From Thermoanaerobaculia bacterium (lineage in GTDB: Bacteria > Acidobacteriota > Thermoanaerobaculia > Multivoradales > JAHEKO01), in the NCBI GenBank assembly GCA_033720955.1, contig JAWWBN010000003.1, forward strand, positions 1 to 44,697: 44,697 nucleotides of DNA. The letters run 5' to 3'. Positions 1 to 9,973 of the stretch are shown here, in pieces. The notes under the pieces are model-generated. The model saw nothing but the letters and a program-made list of their open reading frames with translations, was not told the origin of the DNA and searched no databases. The position numbers and the translations under genes are program-made. Positions within the stretch are counted from its first letter, which is position 1. Every line of letters starts with the position of its first letter.

Positions 1-1050
1 GGCACCACCGGCCGCCGGGTCGTCGAGGAGGCTCGCCGGCTGGGTCTGCCCATCCGGCTGGGCGGCCGCAGCCGCTCTTCGCTCGAAGAGCTCGCCCGGA
101 CCTTCGACGCCGAGATCCGGGTCGCCGAGCTCGACGACCCCGATGCCCTCGACGACGCCCTCGAGGGCGCCGCGGCGGTCCTCCACTGCGTGGGGCCCTT
201 CTTCAAGACGGCCAGGCCGGTCATCGAGGCCTGTCTCCGCCAGGGGGTCCACTACCTCGACATCGACGGCGAGCTCGACACCCTGGAGAGGACCCTGGCG
301 CTGGGGCCGCAGGCCGAGGCGGCGAAGATCGCCATCGTGCCCGGAGTCGGCTGGGACGTGGTTCCCACCGACTGCCTCGCCGCCCGTCTGTCGCGGGCGA
401 TGCCCGACGCCACCCATCTCGAGCTCGGCTTCGCGCGCGACGACTGGGTCTTCAGCGCCGGCTCCTTCAAGACCGCGGTGGAGCTCCTGCCGCGGCGCGG
501 GGCGGTGCGCCGGAACGGCGAGATCGTCACCACTCCCATCGCCGACGAGCTCTGCCGCATCGACCTGGGCGACGAGGTCAAGTGGGCCATGACCCTGCCC
601 TGGGGCGACGTCTCGACGGCCTACCACACCACCGGCATCCCCAACGTGAAGGTCTTCTACTGCGCACCGGTGATCCGCTACTTCATCCTCCGCTCGCTCG
701 ACCCCTGGCTGCCGTTCTACGCCGCTCCCGGGGTGCGCGAGCTGACCCGGGCGTGGGCCGATCTCGTCGCCCCCTCCCGCGATCTCCAGGAGCGGCCCGA
801 CTCGCGTACCCGGCTCTGGGGCAGCGTCCGCAACGCCGCCGGCCGGAGCCTCGTCGGCTTCGGGGAGACTCCCAGCATCTACGCCACCACGGCGACGGCG
901 GCGGTGGAGAGCGCCCGTCGCCTGCTCGAGGAGGGCGTGGCGCCTGGCGCCTGGACCCCCTCCCGGGCCTTCGGGCCCGACCTCGCCGAGGCCCTTCCCG
1001 GGGTGACCATGGGGCCGATCGTGCCCGGCACCGTCCCGCGCGTCGGATAG
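1..1050 (+). CDS. Saccharopine dehydrogenase-like NAD(P)-dependent oxidoreductase (trans-acting enoyl reductase family), 5'-truncated by the window edge
   Basis: Frame 1 is open from base 1 (GTTGRRVVEEA..LGGRS, tail of a Rossmann motif). Family motifs HCVGPF, GVHYLDIDGE, PGVGWDVVPTD, WGDVSTAYHTTGIPNV and GAWTPS. Confidence 0.85.
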   Translation, partial: GTTGRRVVEEARRLGLPIRLGGRSRSSLEELARTFDAEIRVAELDDPDALDDALEGAAAVLHCVGPFFKTARPVIEACLRQGVHYLDIDGELDTLERTLALGPQAEAAKIAIVPGVGWDVVPTDCLAARLSRAMPDATHLELGFARDDWVFSAGSFKTAVELLPRRGAVRRNGEIVTTPIADELCRIDLGDEVKWAMTLPWGDVSTAYHTTGIPNVKVFYCAPVIRYFILRSLDPWLPFYAAPGVRELTRAWADLVAPSRDLQERPDSRTRLWGSVRNAAGRSLVGFGETPSIYATTATAAVESARRLLEEGVAPGAWTPSRAFGPDLAEALPGVTMGPIVPGTVPRVG

Positions 1051-1100
1051 ACGCGGGAGAGACGCGGCCCGCAGCCCGGCGACCCGGGCGGCGGCCGCGG

Positions 1101-1109
1101 TGCTAAGAT
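1101..1109 (+). promoter_or_regulatory. Putative extended -10 element (TGcTAAGAT) for the 1207-6180 operon
   Basis: TGnTAnnnT match in the intergenic gap of otherwise very GC-rich DNA. Confidence 0.45.
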
Positions 1110-1206
1110 GCGGTCACTCGACGTCGAGTCCGGGCCGGAGGAGAGGCGGTCGCCGCCTTCCGGGGGCCGAGCGACCGGAGTCGGGTCGCCAAGCGGGGAG
1201 CGACAG

Positions 1207-2052
1207 ATGAAAGAAGACGAGAAGGGGCGCGCCGAGGCGCCTCGAGAGCGACCCCTCCTCCGGGAGGACCCTCTTCGGGAAGGACCCATCCGGAGCTGGT
1301 GGAACCTGCTCCGCGGCCCTCAGCAGCCGCCACGGCCGGCGGCCGGGTCCCGGGGCGCCGGCAACGGCGACGGCGGCGCGGGGGCGGAGAGCTTCAGCGA
1401 CGCGGTGGACCGGGGCGTTCGCCTGGGCTACGAGGTGATCGACGACCAGATCCGCCAGGGCCAGAGGGTGGCGGAAGAGCTCAACGCCCGCAACTACGGC
1501 GTGCAGTCCATGAATCGCGACATGCAGGAGATCGTCACCCGGTCGGCGCGCTACTACATGGACATGGCCTCCCTCTTCATGGACTTCATGACCCGTCTCC
1601 CCTCCGCTCTCGGCACCCCGCCGGGAGCCGGCATGCCGGGCGGCGCCGGGGAGTCGCCGGCGAACGGCGGCTGGGGAGCGGCCGCGGCCGCGGCCGCACC
1701 GTGGCTGCCGGCGCAGGACCCGGCGACGCCGCCGGCATCGCCCCAGGCGAAAGAGCCGCAGACCCCCCGCACCCCGGTCGATCTCCGGGTGGTCGCCAAG
1801 CGTCCGGTGACCGTCCGCCTGGACCTCGACCCGGTGGACCCGGCCGCCCGCCTCACCCTCCCCACGCTGATCTGCGCCGACCCGGAGAGCCCGCCCATCA
1901 CCGGCATCCGCTTCGAGCCGGCGGACGGCGAGAGCGCGGCCGCCTTCAGCGTCGAGGTGCCCGACGAGCAGCCGCCCGGGGTCTACTCGGGAGTGGTCTT
2001 CGAGGCCGGGAGCGGCGAGAAGTGCGGCACCCTGACGCTGCGTCTCGAGTGA
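1207..2052 (+). CDS. Hypothetical protein: N-terminal amphipathic helical module, Pro/Ala/Gly linker, C-terminal beta-sandwich-like domain
   Basis: ATG 1207 follows a GGGGAG SD. Helical segment DAVDRGVRLGYEVIDDQ..YG..RDMQ; beta-rich C-terminus with VPDEQPPGVYSG. Lies 13 bp upstream of the prenyl synthase. Confidence 0.75.
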   Translation: MKEDEKGRAEAPRERPLLREDPLREGPIRSWWNLLRGPQQPPRPAAGSRGAGNGDGGAGAESFSDAVDRGVRLGYEVIDDQIRQGQRVAEELNARNYGVQSMNRDMQEIVTRSARYYMDMASLFMDFMTRLPSALGTPPGAGMPGGAGESPANGGWGAAAAAAAPWLPAQDPATPPASPQAKEPQTPRTPVDLRVVAKRPVTVRLDLDPVDPAARLTLPTLICADPESPPITGIRFEPADGESAAAFSVEVPDEQPPGVYSGVVFEAGSGEKCGTLTLRLE

Positions 2053-2065
2053 CGGAGGGGGCGTC

Positions 2066-3102
2066 GTGACGGGCGCGGCGGGAGGCCTGGTCGAGAAGAT
2101 GACCCGGGAGTACGGCGGCGTCGTCCGCGACGCCCTCACCGGCTACCTCCCCTCCTGGGAGCCCCGGCGTCATCTCTACGACCTGGTGGCGGACTACCCG
2201 CACCGCGGCGGCAAGATGATGCGTCCCAGCCTGTGCATCGCGACGGCGCGCGCCTTCGGCGCCCGCACCGATCAGGCGGTCTGCTCGGCGGTCGCCATCG
2301 AGCTCTTTCACAACGCCCTGCTGATCCACGACGACATCGAGGACGGCAGCGAGGAGCGGCGGGGCCAGCCGGCCCTCCACGTGCTTCACGGGGTGCCCAT
2401 GGCGATCAACGTGGGCGACAGCCTCGGGCTGATGAGCCTGCGGCCGCTGCTCGACAACCGCATCGCCATCGGCCCGCGCCTGGCCATGCGGGTCCTCGAG
2501 GAGACCGAGCGGATGGCGCGCGAGTCGGCCGAGGGGCAGGCGATCGAGCTCGGCTGGCGGCGCGACAACGTCTGCAACCTGGACGACGACGACTACCTGC
2601 TGATGATCCTCAAGAAGACCTGCTGGCTGGCGGCCATCCACCCGGCTCGCGTCGGGGCGCTGATCGCCACCCGCGACGGGCTCGACCTGGAGCCCTTCCG
2701 CGCTTCGGTTTCTTCCTGGGAGCGGCCTTCCAGATCCAGGACGACCTCCTCAACCTCGAGTCCGACCCCAAGCTCTACGGCAAGGAGCCCGCCGGCGATC
2801 TCTGGGAAGGCAAGCGGACCCTGATGGTCATCCGGCTGCTGCGCGTGGCCGAGCCCGGCGAGCGGCGGCGGATCGAGCGGATCCTCGCCCAGCCGCGCCG
2901 CGAGCGCACCACCGGTGAGGTGCGGTGGATGCGGCGGCTGATCGACCGCTACGAGTGCATGGGGTACGCCCGCCAGGTCGCCCTCGGGATGGCCGGCGCG
3001 GCGCTCCACGAGTTCTCGCTGCTCTTCTCCGGACTCCCCGACAGCCCCGACAAGCAGTTCATCGAGGCCCTGGTCACCTGGGTGTTCGAGCGGGACCACT
3101 GA
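2066..3102 (+). CDS. Trans-isoprenyl diphosphate (polyprenyl) synthase, split by an apparent 1-nt deletion at ~2699-2700
   Basis: ORF 2066-2824 has GGKMMRP, FARM HDDIED..RRG, AINVGD, GQAIE and KKT. The frame of ORF 2233-3102 continues RFGFFLGAAFQIQDDLLN..GDLWEGKRT. Confidence 0.9.
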
Positions 3103-3119
3103 AGTCGGCGAAGCGACTC

Positions 3120-5284
3120 ATGGCGGAGCGGGAGAGGCCCATCGAGGTGGCGGTGATCGGCGGCGGCTGCGCCGGGATGGCCGCCGCGTTCGAGCTGACG
3201 CGACCGGAGCACGGGGGACGGTACCACGTCACGGTCTACCAGCAGGGCTGGCGGCTGGGGGGCAAGGGCGCCTCGGGGAGGGGGCCGGCCGATCGCATCG
3301 AGGAGCACGGGCTGCACCTCTGGCTCGGTTACTACGAGAACGCCTTCCGGCTCATGCGGGAGTGCTACGCCGAGCTCGACCGGGACCCCGAGAGCTGCCC
3401 CGTCGCCACCTGGCGCGACGCCTTCTTCCCCGACGCCCACGTCGCCCTGGCCGACCAGCGGTCGGACGGCTCGTGGATCAACTGGGCCGCCTTCTTCCCC
3501 CCCTCCGCCGGTGAGCCGGGGGACCCGCTGGACCAGCAGAACCCCTACAGCGTCCAGGGCTACCTGACCCGCACCGCGGAGCTGGTCGTGGAGCTCCTGC
3601 GCTCCATCCAGGTCCGTCAGGGGGCGGCCCGCGAGCGCGACCCCGATCCCGCCGAGAGCGCTTCGGCACCCACCCTGGAGAGCCTGGTGGACTCGGTCTT
3701 CCGGGTCGTCGGCCTCGGACAGCTCGCCACCCTGACGGCGGTGCGCGAGGCGGCCGGGCTGCTGGCGGCCATCGTGCACCAGCTACCCCTCTTCCCCAAG
3801 AACCTGGCGCTGCGGCTCCTCGACGCCGTGGCCTCGAACACCCACCGGCTCCTGGGCGACCTGCTGAGCCGCGACGACGAGCTGCGGCGTCTGTGGGCCG
3901 TCCTCGACATGCTCCTGGCGTGCATCCGCGGCTCGATCCGCTTCGGCCTGACCACCGATCCGCGCGGCTTCGACGCCATCGACGACTACGAGCTGCTCGA
4001 CTGGCTGCGGCTCAACGGCGCCTCGGAGATGGCGCTCGAGTCCAACTTCGTTCGCGGCCTCTACGACCTCGGCTTCGCCTACGAGAACGGCGACACCTCC
4101 CGGCCGGCGATGGCCGCCGGCGTCGGCCTCCGGGGAACGGTGCGGATGTTCTTCACCTATCGCGGCGCCCTCTTCTGGAAGATGCGCGCCGGCATGGGTG
4201 ACGTGGTCTTCGCCCCCTTCTACGAGGTGCTGCGCCGCCGCGGCGTCACCTTCCGGTATTTCCACCGCCTGGAGCGGATGCGGCTCGCCGACCCGGGGAG
4301 CGTGGGTCCGGGCGAGCGCCGGCACGTCGAGGCGCTGGAGCTCGACGTCCAGGCCGAGATCGCCGGCGGCGGCGAGTACGAGCCGCTGGTGGACGTGCGC
4401 GGCCTGCCCTGCTGGCCGGCCCGGCCGGACTACGGGCAGCTCGTGGACGGCGAGCGGCTGGAGAGCGAGGGGGTGGCCTTCGAGTCGTTCTGGGACCGCC
4501 GCAGGGTCGGCACCCGGACCCTCAGAGTGGGCGAGGACTTCGACCTGGTGGTGCTGGCGGTGGGCGGCGCGGCGGTTCCGCACGTCGCCGGCGAGCTGAT
4601 CGAGGCCAACGAGAAGTGGCGCAGGATGGCCGAGCACATGACCACGACGGCGACCCAGGCCTTCCAGCTCTGGATGAGCGCCGAGATGAAGGAGCTGGGC
4701 TGGGACCGGCCCCCCGTCAACCTCTCCGGTTTCGTGGAGCCGTTCGACACCTGGGCCGACATGCGGCAGCTCATCCCCGAGGAGAGCTGGGAGGGCTCGG
4801 TGAAGTCGATCTCCTACTTCTGCAGCTCTCTGCGCACGGAGGGGGCGCGCCGGCCCGGTCGGCGAGCCCCTATCCCGCCGAGATGCGGGAGCGGGTCCGC
4901 CGCAACGCCATCCGCTTCCTGAACCGGGACGTGGTCCAGATCTGGCCCCGGGCGGCGGAGGACGGCCTCTTCCGCTGGGAGGTGCTGGTGGCCGGGGACG
5001 GCCGCGCCCCCGAGGCGGCCGACGAGTCGGCCTTCGACAGCCAGTTCTGGACCGCCAACGTCAACCCGACCGACCGCTACGTGCTCTCCGCCCCGGGCAC
5101 CGTCAAGCACCGTCTCTCGCCCCTCGACAACTCGTTCGGCAACCTGACGGTGGCCGGCGACTGGACCCACTGCGGCCACAACATGGGCTGCGTCGAGTCG
5201 GCGGTCATCTCCGGCCGGGTGGCGGCCCACGCCATCAGCGGGTCGCCGGCCCTCGAGTCGATCATCGGCTACGACCACCCCTGA
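3120..5284 (+). CDS. FAD-dependent oxidoreductase of the phytoene/zeta-carotene desaturase (amine-oxidase fold) superfamily, apparent 1-nt frameshift in the G5 run at 4841-4845
   Basis: VAVIGGGCAGMAAA dinucleotide motif, LGGKGAS, IEEHGLHLWLGYYENAFRLM (cf. PDS/ZDS ExGLHxFFGxY). The C-terminus NLTVAGDWT..GCVESAVISGRVAA lies in the frame of ORF 4616-5284. Confidence 0.85.
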
Positions 5285-5298
5285 GACCCGAAGAGCGA

Positions 5299-6180
5299 AT
5301 GTCGTCCGATCGCCCCGGCAGGTTCCGCGACGACCCGACGGCCGGGCTCCTCTGGCCCGCGCTCTCGGCCCAGGACCGGGCGCGGCGCTACTACGACCTC
5401 TACGCGGAGATGCTCGGCGTCCTCTCCGGGGGGAGCGGCCTGCGCAATCTCGGCTACCGCGCCGGCTCCGAGCGGTTCGACGAGGCGCAGGCCGAGCTCT
5501 GCCGCCGCACCGTGGCCTCCCTGGGAGAGGGCCGCTGGCTCGACGTCGGCTGCGGCGAGGGCGGCGCCGCTTGTCTGCTGGCGGCCGAGCGGCCGGAGGT
5601 GGAAATCACCGGTCTCGACCTGCACCCCGAGTCGATCGAGGCCGCCCGCCGCCGCGCGGCCGCCGCGGGGCTCGAGGCCCGGGTACGCTTCGAGCGCGGC
5701 GACGCCTGCCGGATGCCCTTCTCCGGCGACGGGCTCTTCGACGGGCTGTACGCGCTCGAGACCGCCTGCCACTACCCGGACAAGAGCGCCTTCGCCTCCG
5801 AGGCCCGGCGGGTCCTCAAGCCGGGCGGCCGCTTCGCCCTGGCGGACTTCGTGATGAGCGAGCGCGGCACCGCCCTGCCCCAGAGGCTCGTCATCCGCTT
5901 CGTGCACCAGGGCATCGGCATGCCGTGGATGCACACCGCGACCGAATGGCGTGGTCTTCTCGAGCGGGCGGGCTTCCAGGGGGTGCGAGCCGCGGACATC
6001 ACGCCGCAGACCTCCGCCTGCTGGGACCTCTGGGCCCGCCGTCACCACGAGGTGCGCGAGGAGCTGGAGCGCCGCTACCCGCCCGCCCTGGTGGCGGCGG
6101 TGCGGGCGAACGTCGACGCGCTGGCCGCCGGAGCCGATGCCGGGCAGCTCCGCTACGCCCTGATCACGGCGCGCGCCTAG
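5299..6180 (+). CDS. Class I SAM-dependent methyltransferase (sterol/tocopherol-MT-like)
   Basis: RYYD..NLGY, motif I WLDVGCGEGG, GDACRMPF..FD, ETACHYPD, RVLKPGGRF. Confidence 0.9.
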   Translation: MSSDRPGRFRDDPTAGLLWPALSAQDRARRYYDLYAEMLGVLSGGSGLRNLGYRAGSERFDEAQAELCRRTVASLGEGRWLDVGCGEGGAACLLAAERPEVEITGLDLHPESIEAARRRAAAAGLEARVRFERGDACRMPFSGDGLFDGLYALETACHYPDKSAFASEARRVLKPGGRFALADFVMSERGTALPQRLVIRFVHQGIGMPWMHTATEWRGLLERAGFQGVRAADITPQTSACWDLWARRHHEVREELERRYPPALVAAVRANVDALAAGADAGQLRYALITARA

Positions 6181-6192
6181 CCGCGGCTAGGC
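6175..6192. terminator. Perfect 18-bp palindrome at a convergent gene junction (possible bidirectional hairpin)
   Basis: gcctagccgcggctaggc contains both TAG stop codons; no U-tract. Confidence 0.4.
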
Positions 6193-9100
6193 CCCGCCGG
6201 CGGCGTCCGCGAGGAGCTTCCGGGCGTCTCTCAGGTCCCGGCCGCTCTTGCCCGGATAGGAGGCCAGGATCGGCTCCACCAGCCCCGGGACCTCGTCGCC
6301 CCGTCCGCCCTCCAGCAGCAGACGCCCCAGCCCGACCGACGCCCGGAGCTCGAAGAGCCGTGCGCCCTGCCGGCCGGCCAGCTCGATCGCCGCGCGGTAG
6401 CACCTCTCCACGGCGCGGGGATCGCCGCCCGACTGGGCCAGGAGATCCCCCTCGTGACGCAGCATCTCGGCCTCGTAGTAGTGGTCCCCCGTCTCCTCCG
6501 AGATGCGACGTGCGGTGGCCAGCGCCTCGAGCCCCTCCACCGTCCTGCCGAGCAGCTTGCAGGCGACCACCACCTGCAGGTAGTGCGAGCCGTGCCCGGG
6601 CATCTTGGGGCTCACCAGCCCGTCCTTGAGCTCCAGGGACTGATAGATGTCCGCGAAGCCGTCGGGCTCCCCGGACCGCAGGATGGAGACCAGGCCCCTC
6701 CAGCTCAGGCTGTAGACCAGGTAGAACGGAAAACCGTGTTCCTGGCAGATCTCGAGGGAGCGCCCGGCCAGCCGCTCCAGCTCCTCCAGGTCGCGGCCCG
6801 CCTCCCAGCCGATGGCGCAGCCGATGCAGAGGGTCTCCGCCAGGGCGTAGGTGTCCTCCAACTGCTCGACCTGCTCCAGGGTCTTCTCGTACTCCGACCA
6901 GCCCCTGTCGGCCTCGCCGCGGATCTGGAGCGCCCAGCACCACATGTTGCGTCCGGCCAGGAGCGGGTCGGAGCCGTAGGCCATCATGCGCCCGGCGTGG
7001 CCTCCGATCTCGAACACCTCGGCCGGGGCCGAGAGCAGCTTCACCGCCTCCGCGAACCGGCCCTCGTAGAAGGCGATGGTGCCCTGCATCGACCCCGCCA
7101 CCGCACCCTGCACCGGATCCCCCGTCTTCTCCGCCAGCTCCCGGGCCCGTTGGCCGAGCTCGGTGCGCTTCTCCAGGTTCCCCAGAATGAAGTGGACGCC
7201 GTAGAGCAGGCTGAGGACCACCCCCTTGAGCTGATCGTCGCCCAGCTCGTCCGACAGCTCGTGCATGCGGTTGAAGTTGGCCACCGACGAGTCCGAGCCG
7301 AAGCCCTCGGTCGCCACCAGACCGCCCGCCAGCAGCGACCGGAGCTGGAGCTCGCGCTGCCGCCTCCCCACCGACTCCGGCAGCGACTCGAGCAGGGAGA
7401 GACCCTTGAACAGATGCGAGTTGGCCTCGGTGAAGGCCGACAGGCTGACGCTCGCCTCCCCGGCCAGGGCCCGGTAGTGGCTGGCCTTCTCGGGGTCCGA
7501 AGCCAGCTCGTAGTGCTCCGCTAGCTGGACGGCGATCTCCTCCGGCCGATCGCCGTGGAGGGACTCCAGGGTGGACGCGACCTCCTCGTGCAGGTAGGAG
7601 CGCTCCACCTCGTCCAACTGCTCGTAGAGATACTTCTGGAAGAGGGCGTGGCGGAAGCGGTAGATCGACACCCGCTTGCCGTCGATCCGCCGGACGCCCT
7701 GCGCCTTGACGAGCCGGTACCGCTTGTCGAGCTCCGAGCTGAGCATCTTGACGGTGACCCGGGGCGGCGTCTCCCGGATGGCGGCGATGACCTCGGCGGT
7801 GAACTCCTCGCCCTCCACGCTGGCCAGATCGAGCAACTCCCGGGCCTCCCCCGGGACACTGTCGATCCGCTCCCGCACGACGCCCTCGGTGCGCTCCGGC
7901 AGCACGCTCCAGTCGAGGGTCTCCGACTCCAGCCAGAATCCCTCGTCGTCCTGGACCACCATCCCCCTCTCGCGCATGCTGCGCAGGAGCTCGATGGTGA
8001 ACAGGGCGTGCCCCTGGGTGCGCTCGAACAGGGCGTCGCGGAAGCGGTCGCCGAACCGGTTGGGCTGGGTGTCCACGTAGGCGTCGAGAAAGCGCCGTCC
8101 CTCGGCCTGGTCGAGCTTGATCTCGATCTCCCCGAGGTCGCGTCGCAGCTCGTTCAGAACCGGCTCCAACGGATGGCGGTCGCCGTTCCTGCCGATAGGG
8201 ATCTCGGCGGAGCGGTAGGTGCCGACGACCAGGACCGGGGCGCCCGCGATCCGCCGTCCGAGATGCAGGAGGAGCCCGGCGGAGCCGCTGTCCAGCCAGT
8301 GCAGGTCCTCGAGGACGAGGACCAGGGGCCGCTGCGCCGCCAGGGTGACCAGCACGCGGCTGTAGCGGTCCACCAACTGATCCTCCCTCAACTTGGCGCC
8401 CTGGGGCGCCGCCTCGCCCGGCATCATGGAGACGAGTCGCGACAGCCACTCCGGCTGCCCCTGGACGCACTCCCGGGCGCGGCTCTGGAGCGGTCCGGCC
8501 GGGATCAGCGTCTCGATCAGCTCGGGACCCTGCTCCACGAGGGCCGCGATCGCGTCCGGGGCCAGCTCCCAGAGCGCCCGTCCGTGGCTCCGCCGGAGCA
8601 CGCCGACCTGAGTGGTGGTCTGGATGTCCCCCGTGAGCAGCTCGAGGATCTGGCGGAAGGGGTGATAGGGATCGCCGGCGCCGGTCAGCGCGTCGCAGCG
8701 CCCCGCCGCGACGACCACCGCCTCCTCGCGCTCCAGGGTCCGCGCGGCGAACTCGGCCGCCAGGGTCGTCTTGCCGCTCCCCGGCTCGCCGCTCACGAAG
8801 AGCACCCGGCCCCGGGAGGCGAGGGCCGAGGCCAGGCCCTCCTCGAGCTGCGCGAGCTCCCGGTCCCGGCTGACGAAGACGACCTCCGCGGCCACCTCCT
8901 CCGCCTCCTCGTCGAGGATGGCGGCCAGCTCCGAGCTGATCGAGGCGGCGGTCGGGGGCGCCGGCGCCGCCCCGCCCCGCAGCATGGCCAGCACCTCGGC
9001 GACGTCCTGGAACCTGTCGCTCGGGGACTTGGCGAGACATCGGGTGATGACGTAGGTCAGCCGGTCGGGCAGGTCGGGATCGAGGGTGCGAGGATCGGGG

Positions 9101-9921
9101 ACCGGCTCGGCGCGGTGCTTCATGGCCACCGTGATCGCCGAGTCGCCCTCGAAGGGAGGCTGCCCGAGGGCCATGCGATAGAGGGTCGCGCCCAGCGAGT
9201 AGATGTCCGACCGGGCGTCCACCTCCCGCCCCAGGACCTGCTCCGGAGACATGTAGTGAGGGGTTCCGATCATCGAGCCGTCGCCGGTGATCCCGGCGGT
9301 GGCCAGCGAGTGGGCGATACCGAAGTCCAGAATATGGGGCTGGTCGTCGCGGTCGATCATGATGTTCTGGGGCTTGAGGTCGCGGTGGACCACCCCCAGC
9401 CGGTGCGCTTCGGCCAGGCCGCGGCAGACGCCTTCGGCGATCGACAGCAGCCGCTCGGTGGCCAGGCGTCCCCGGCCGCGCAGTATCTTGGACAGCTCCC
9501 GGCCCTGGATGTACTCCATGGTCAGGTAGTAGGTCCCGTCCTCCTCGCCCAGGTCGAAGACCCGACAGACGTTGCGGTGGGCGATCTTGCGCGCCAGCTT
9601 GACCTCGTTGCGGAAGCGCGCCAGAAGGCCCTCGTCGGTGGCCCGCTCCGGGGCGATCACCTTGAGCGCCACCTCCTCGCCGATCTCGCGGTCGAGGACC
9701 TGGTAGACGACGCCCATCCCCCCCTTGCCGAGCTCGCGGACCAGCTCGTAGCGGCTGAAGAGGACCTGGCGGGGCGCCTCGATGGTCTCCGGCTCCGCCA
9801 CGTCGGGTCCGCCCAGCGGCTCCTGGCACGCCTGGCAGACCGACACGTCTGGCGGGTTGCGAGCCCCGCAGCGGGAACACAGCATCTCGTCCTTCCCCAG
9901 CCCGACAACCCCTTCGTCCAT
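6187..9921 (-). CDS. Zn-ribbon + Ser/Thr protein kinase + AAA/STAND-type ATPase + TPR-like helical protein
   Basis: CxxC..CxxC at the N-terminus; kinase motifs LGKGGMGVVY, VALK, HRDLKPQN, DFG, GTPHYMSPEQ; Walker A GEPGSGKT, Walker B LVLEDLHW; YRFRHAL; helical C-terminus ending LFELRA. Confidence 0.92.
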   Translation of the reverse strand: MDEGVVGLGKDEMLCSRCGARNPPDVSVCQACQEPLGGPDVAEPETIEAPRQVLFSRYELVRELGKGGMGVVYQVLDREIGEEVALKVIAPERATDEGLLARFRNEVKLARKIAHRNVCRVFDLGEEDGTYYLTMEYIQGRELSKILRGRGRLATERLLSIAEGVCRGLAEAHRLGVVHRDLKPQNIMIDRDDQPHILDFGIAHSLATAGITGDGSMIGTPHYMSPEQVLGREVDARSDIYSLGATLYRMALGQPPFEGDSAITVAMKHRAEPVPDPRTLDPDLPDRLTYVITRCLAKSPSDRFQDVAEVLAMLRGGAAPAPPTAASISSELAAILDEEAEEVAAEVVFVSRDRELAQLEEGLASALASRGRVLFVSGEPGSGKTTLAAEFAARTLEREEAVVVAAGRCDALTGAGDPYHPFRQILELLTGDIQTTTQVGVLRRSHGRALWELAPDAIAALVEQGPELIETLIPAGPLQSRARECVQGQPEWLSRLVSMMPGEAAPQGAKLREDQLVDRYSRVLVTLAAQRPLVLVLEDLHWLDSGSAGLLLHLGRRIAGAPVLVVGTYRSAEIPIGRNGDRHPLEPVLNELRRDLGEIEIKLDQAEGRRFLDAYVDTQPNRFGDRFRDALFERTQGHALFTIELLRSMRERGMVVQDDEGFWLESETLDWSVLPERTEGVVRERIDSVPGEARELLDLASVEGEEFTAEVIAAIRETPPRVTVKMLSSELDKRYRLVKAQGVRRIDGKRVSIYRFRHALFQKYLYEQLDEVERSYLHEEVASTLESLHGDRPEEIAVQLAEHYELASDPEKASHYRALAGEASVSLSAFTEANSHLFKGLSLLESLPESVGRRQRELQLRSLLAGGLVATEGFGSDSSVANFNRMHELSDELGDDQLKGVVLSLLYGVHFILGNLEKRTELGQRARELAEKTGDPVQGAVAGSMQGTIAFYEGRFAEAVKLLSAPAEVFEIGGHAGRMMAYGSDPLLAGRNMWCWALQIRGEADRGWSEYEKTLEQVEQLEDTYALAETLCIGCAIGWEAGRDLEELERLAGRSLEICQEHGFPFYLVYSLSWRGLVSILRSGEPDGFADIYQSLELKDGLVSPKMPGHGSHYLQVVVACKLLGRTVEGLEALATARRISEETGDHYYEAEMLRHEGDLLAQSGGDPRAVERCYRAAIELAGRQGARLFELRASVGLGRLLLEGGRGDEVPGLVEPILASYPGKSGRDLRDARKLLADAAGGA

Positions 9922-9973
9922 TGGCTGGTCCCCCGATTCTACTCTGCCGCCGCGTCGGCTCCGGGCGCTGGCG

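Noticed and set aside
2066-6180. Calling the operon a carotenoid or hopanoid pathway (crtE/crtP/hpnE)
   Set aside because: No phytoene/squalene synthase or cyclase in the window, and the flavoprotein is much longer and divergent; only superfamily-level similarity is supportable.
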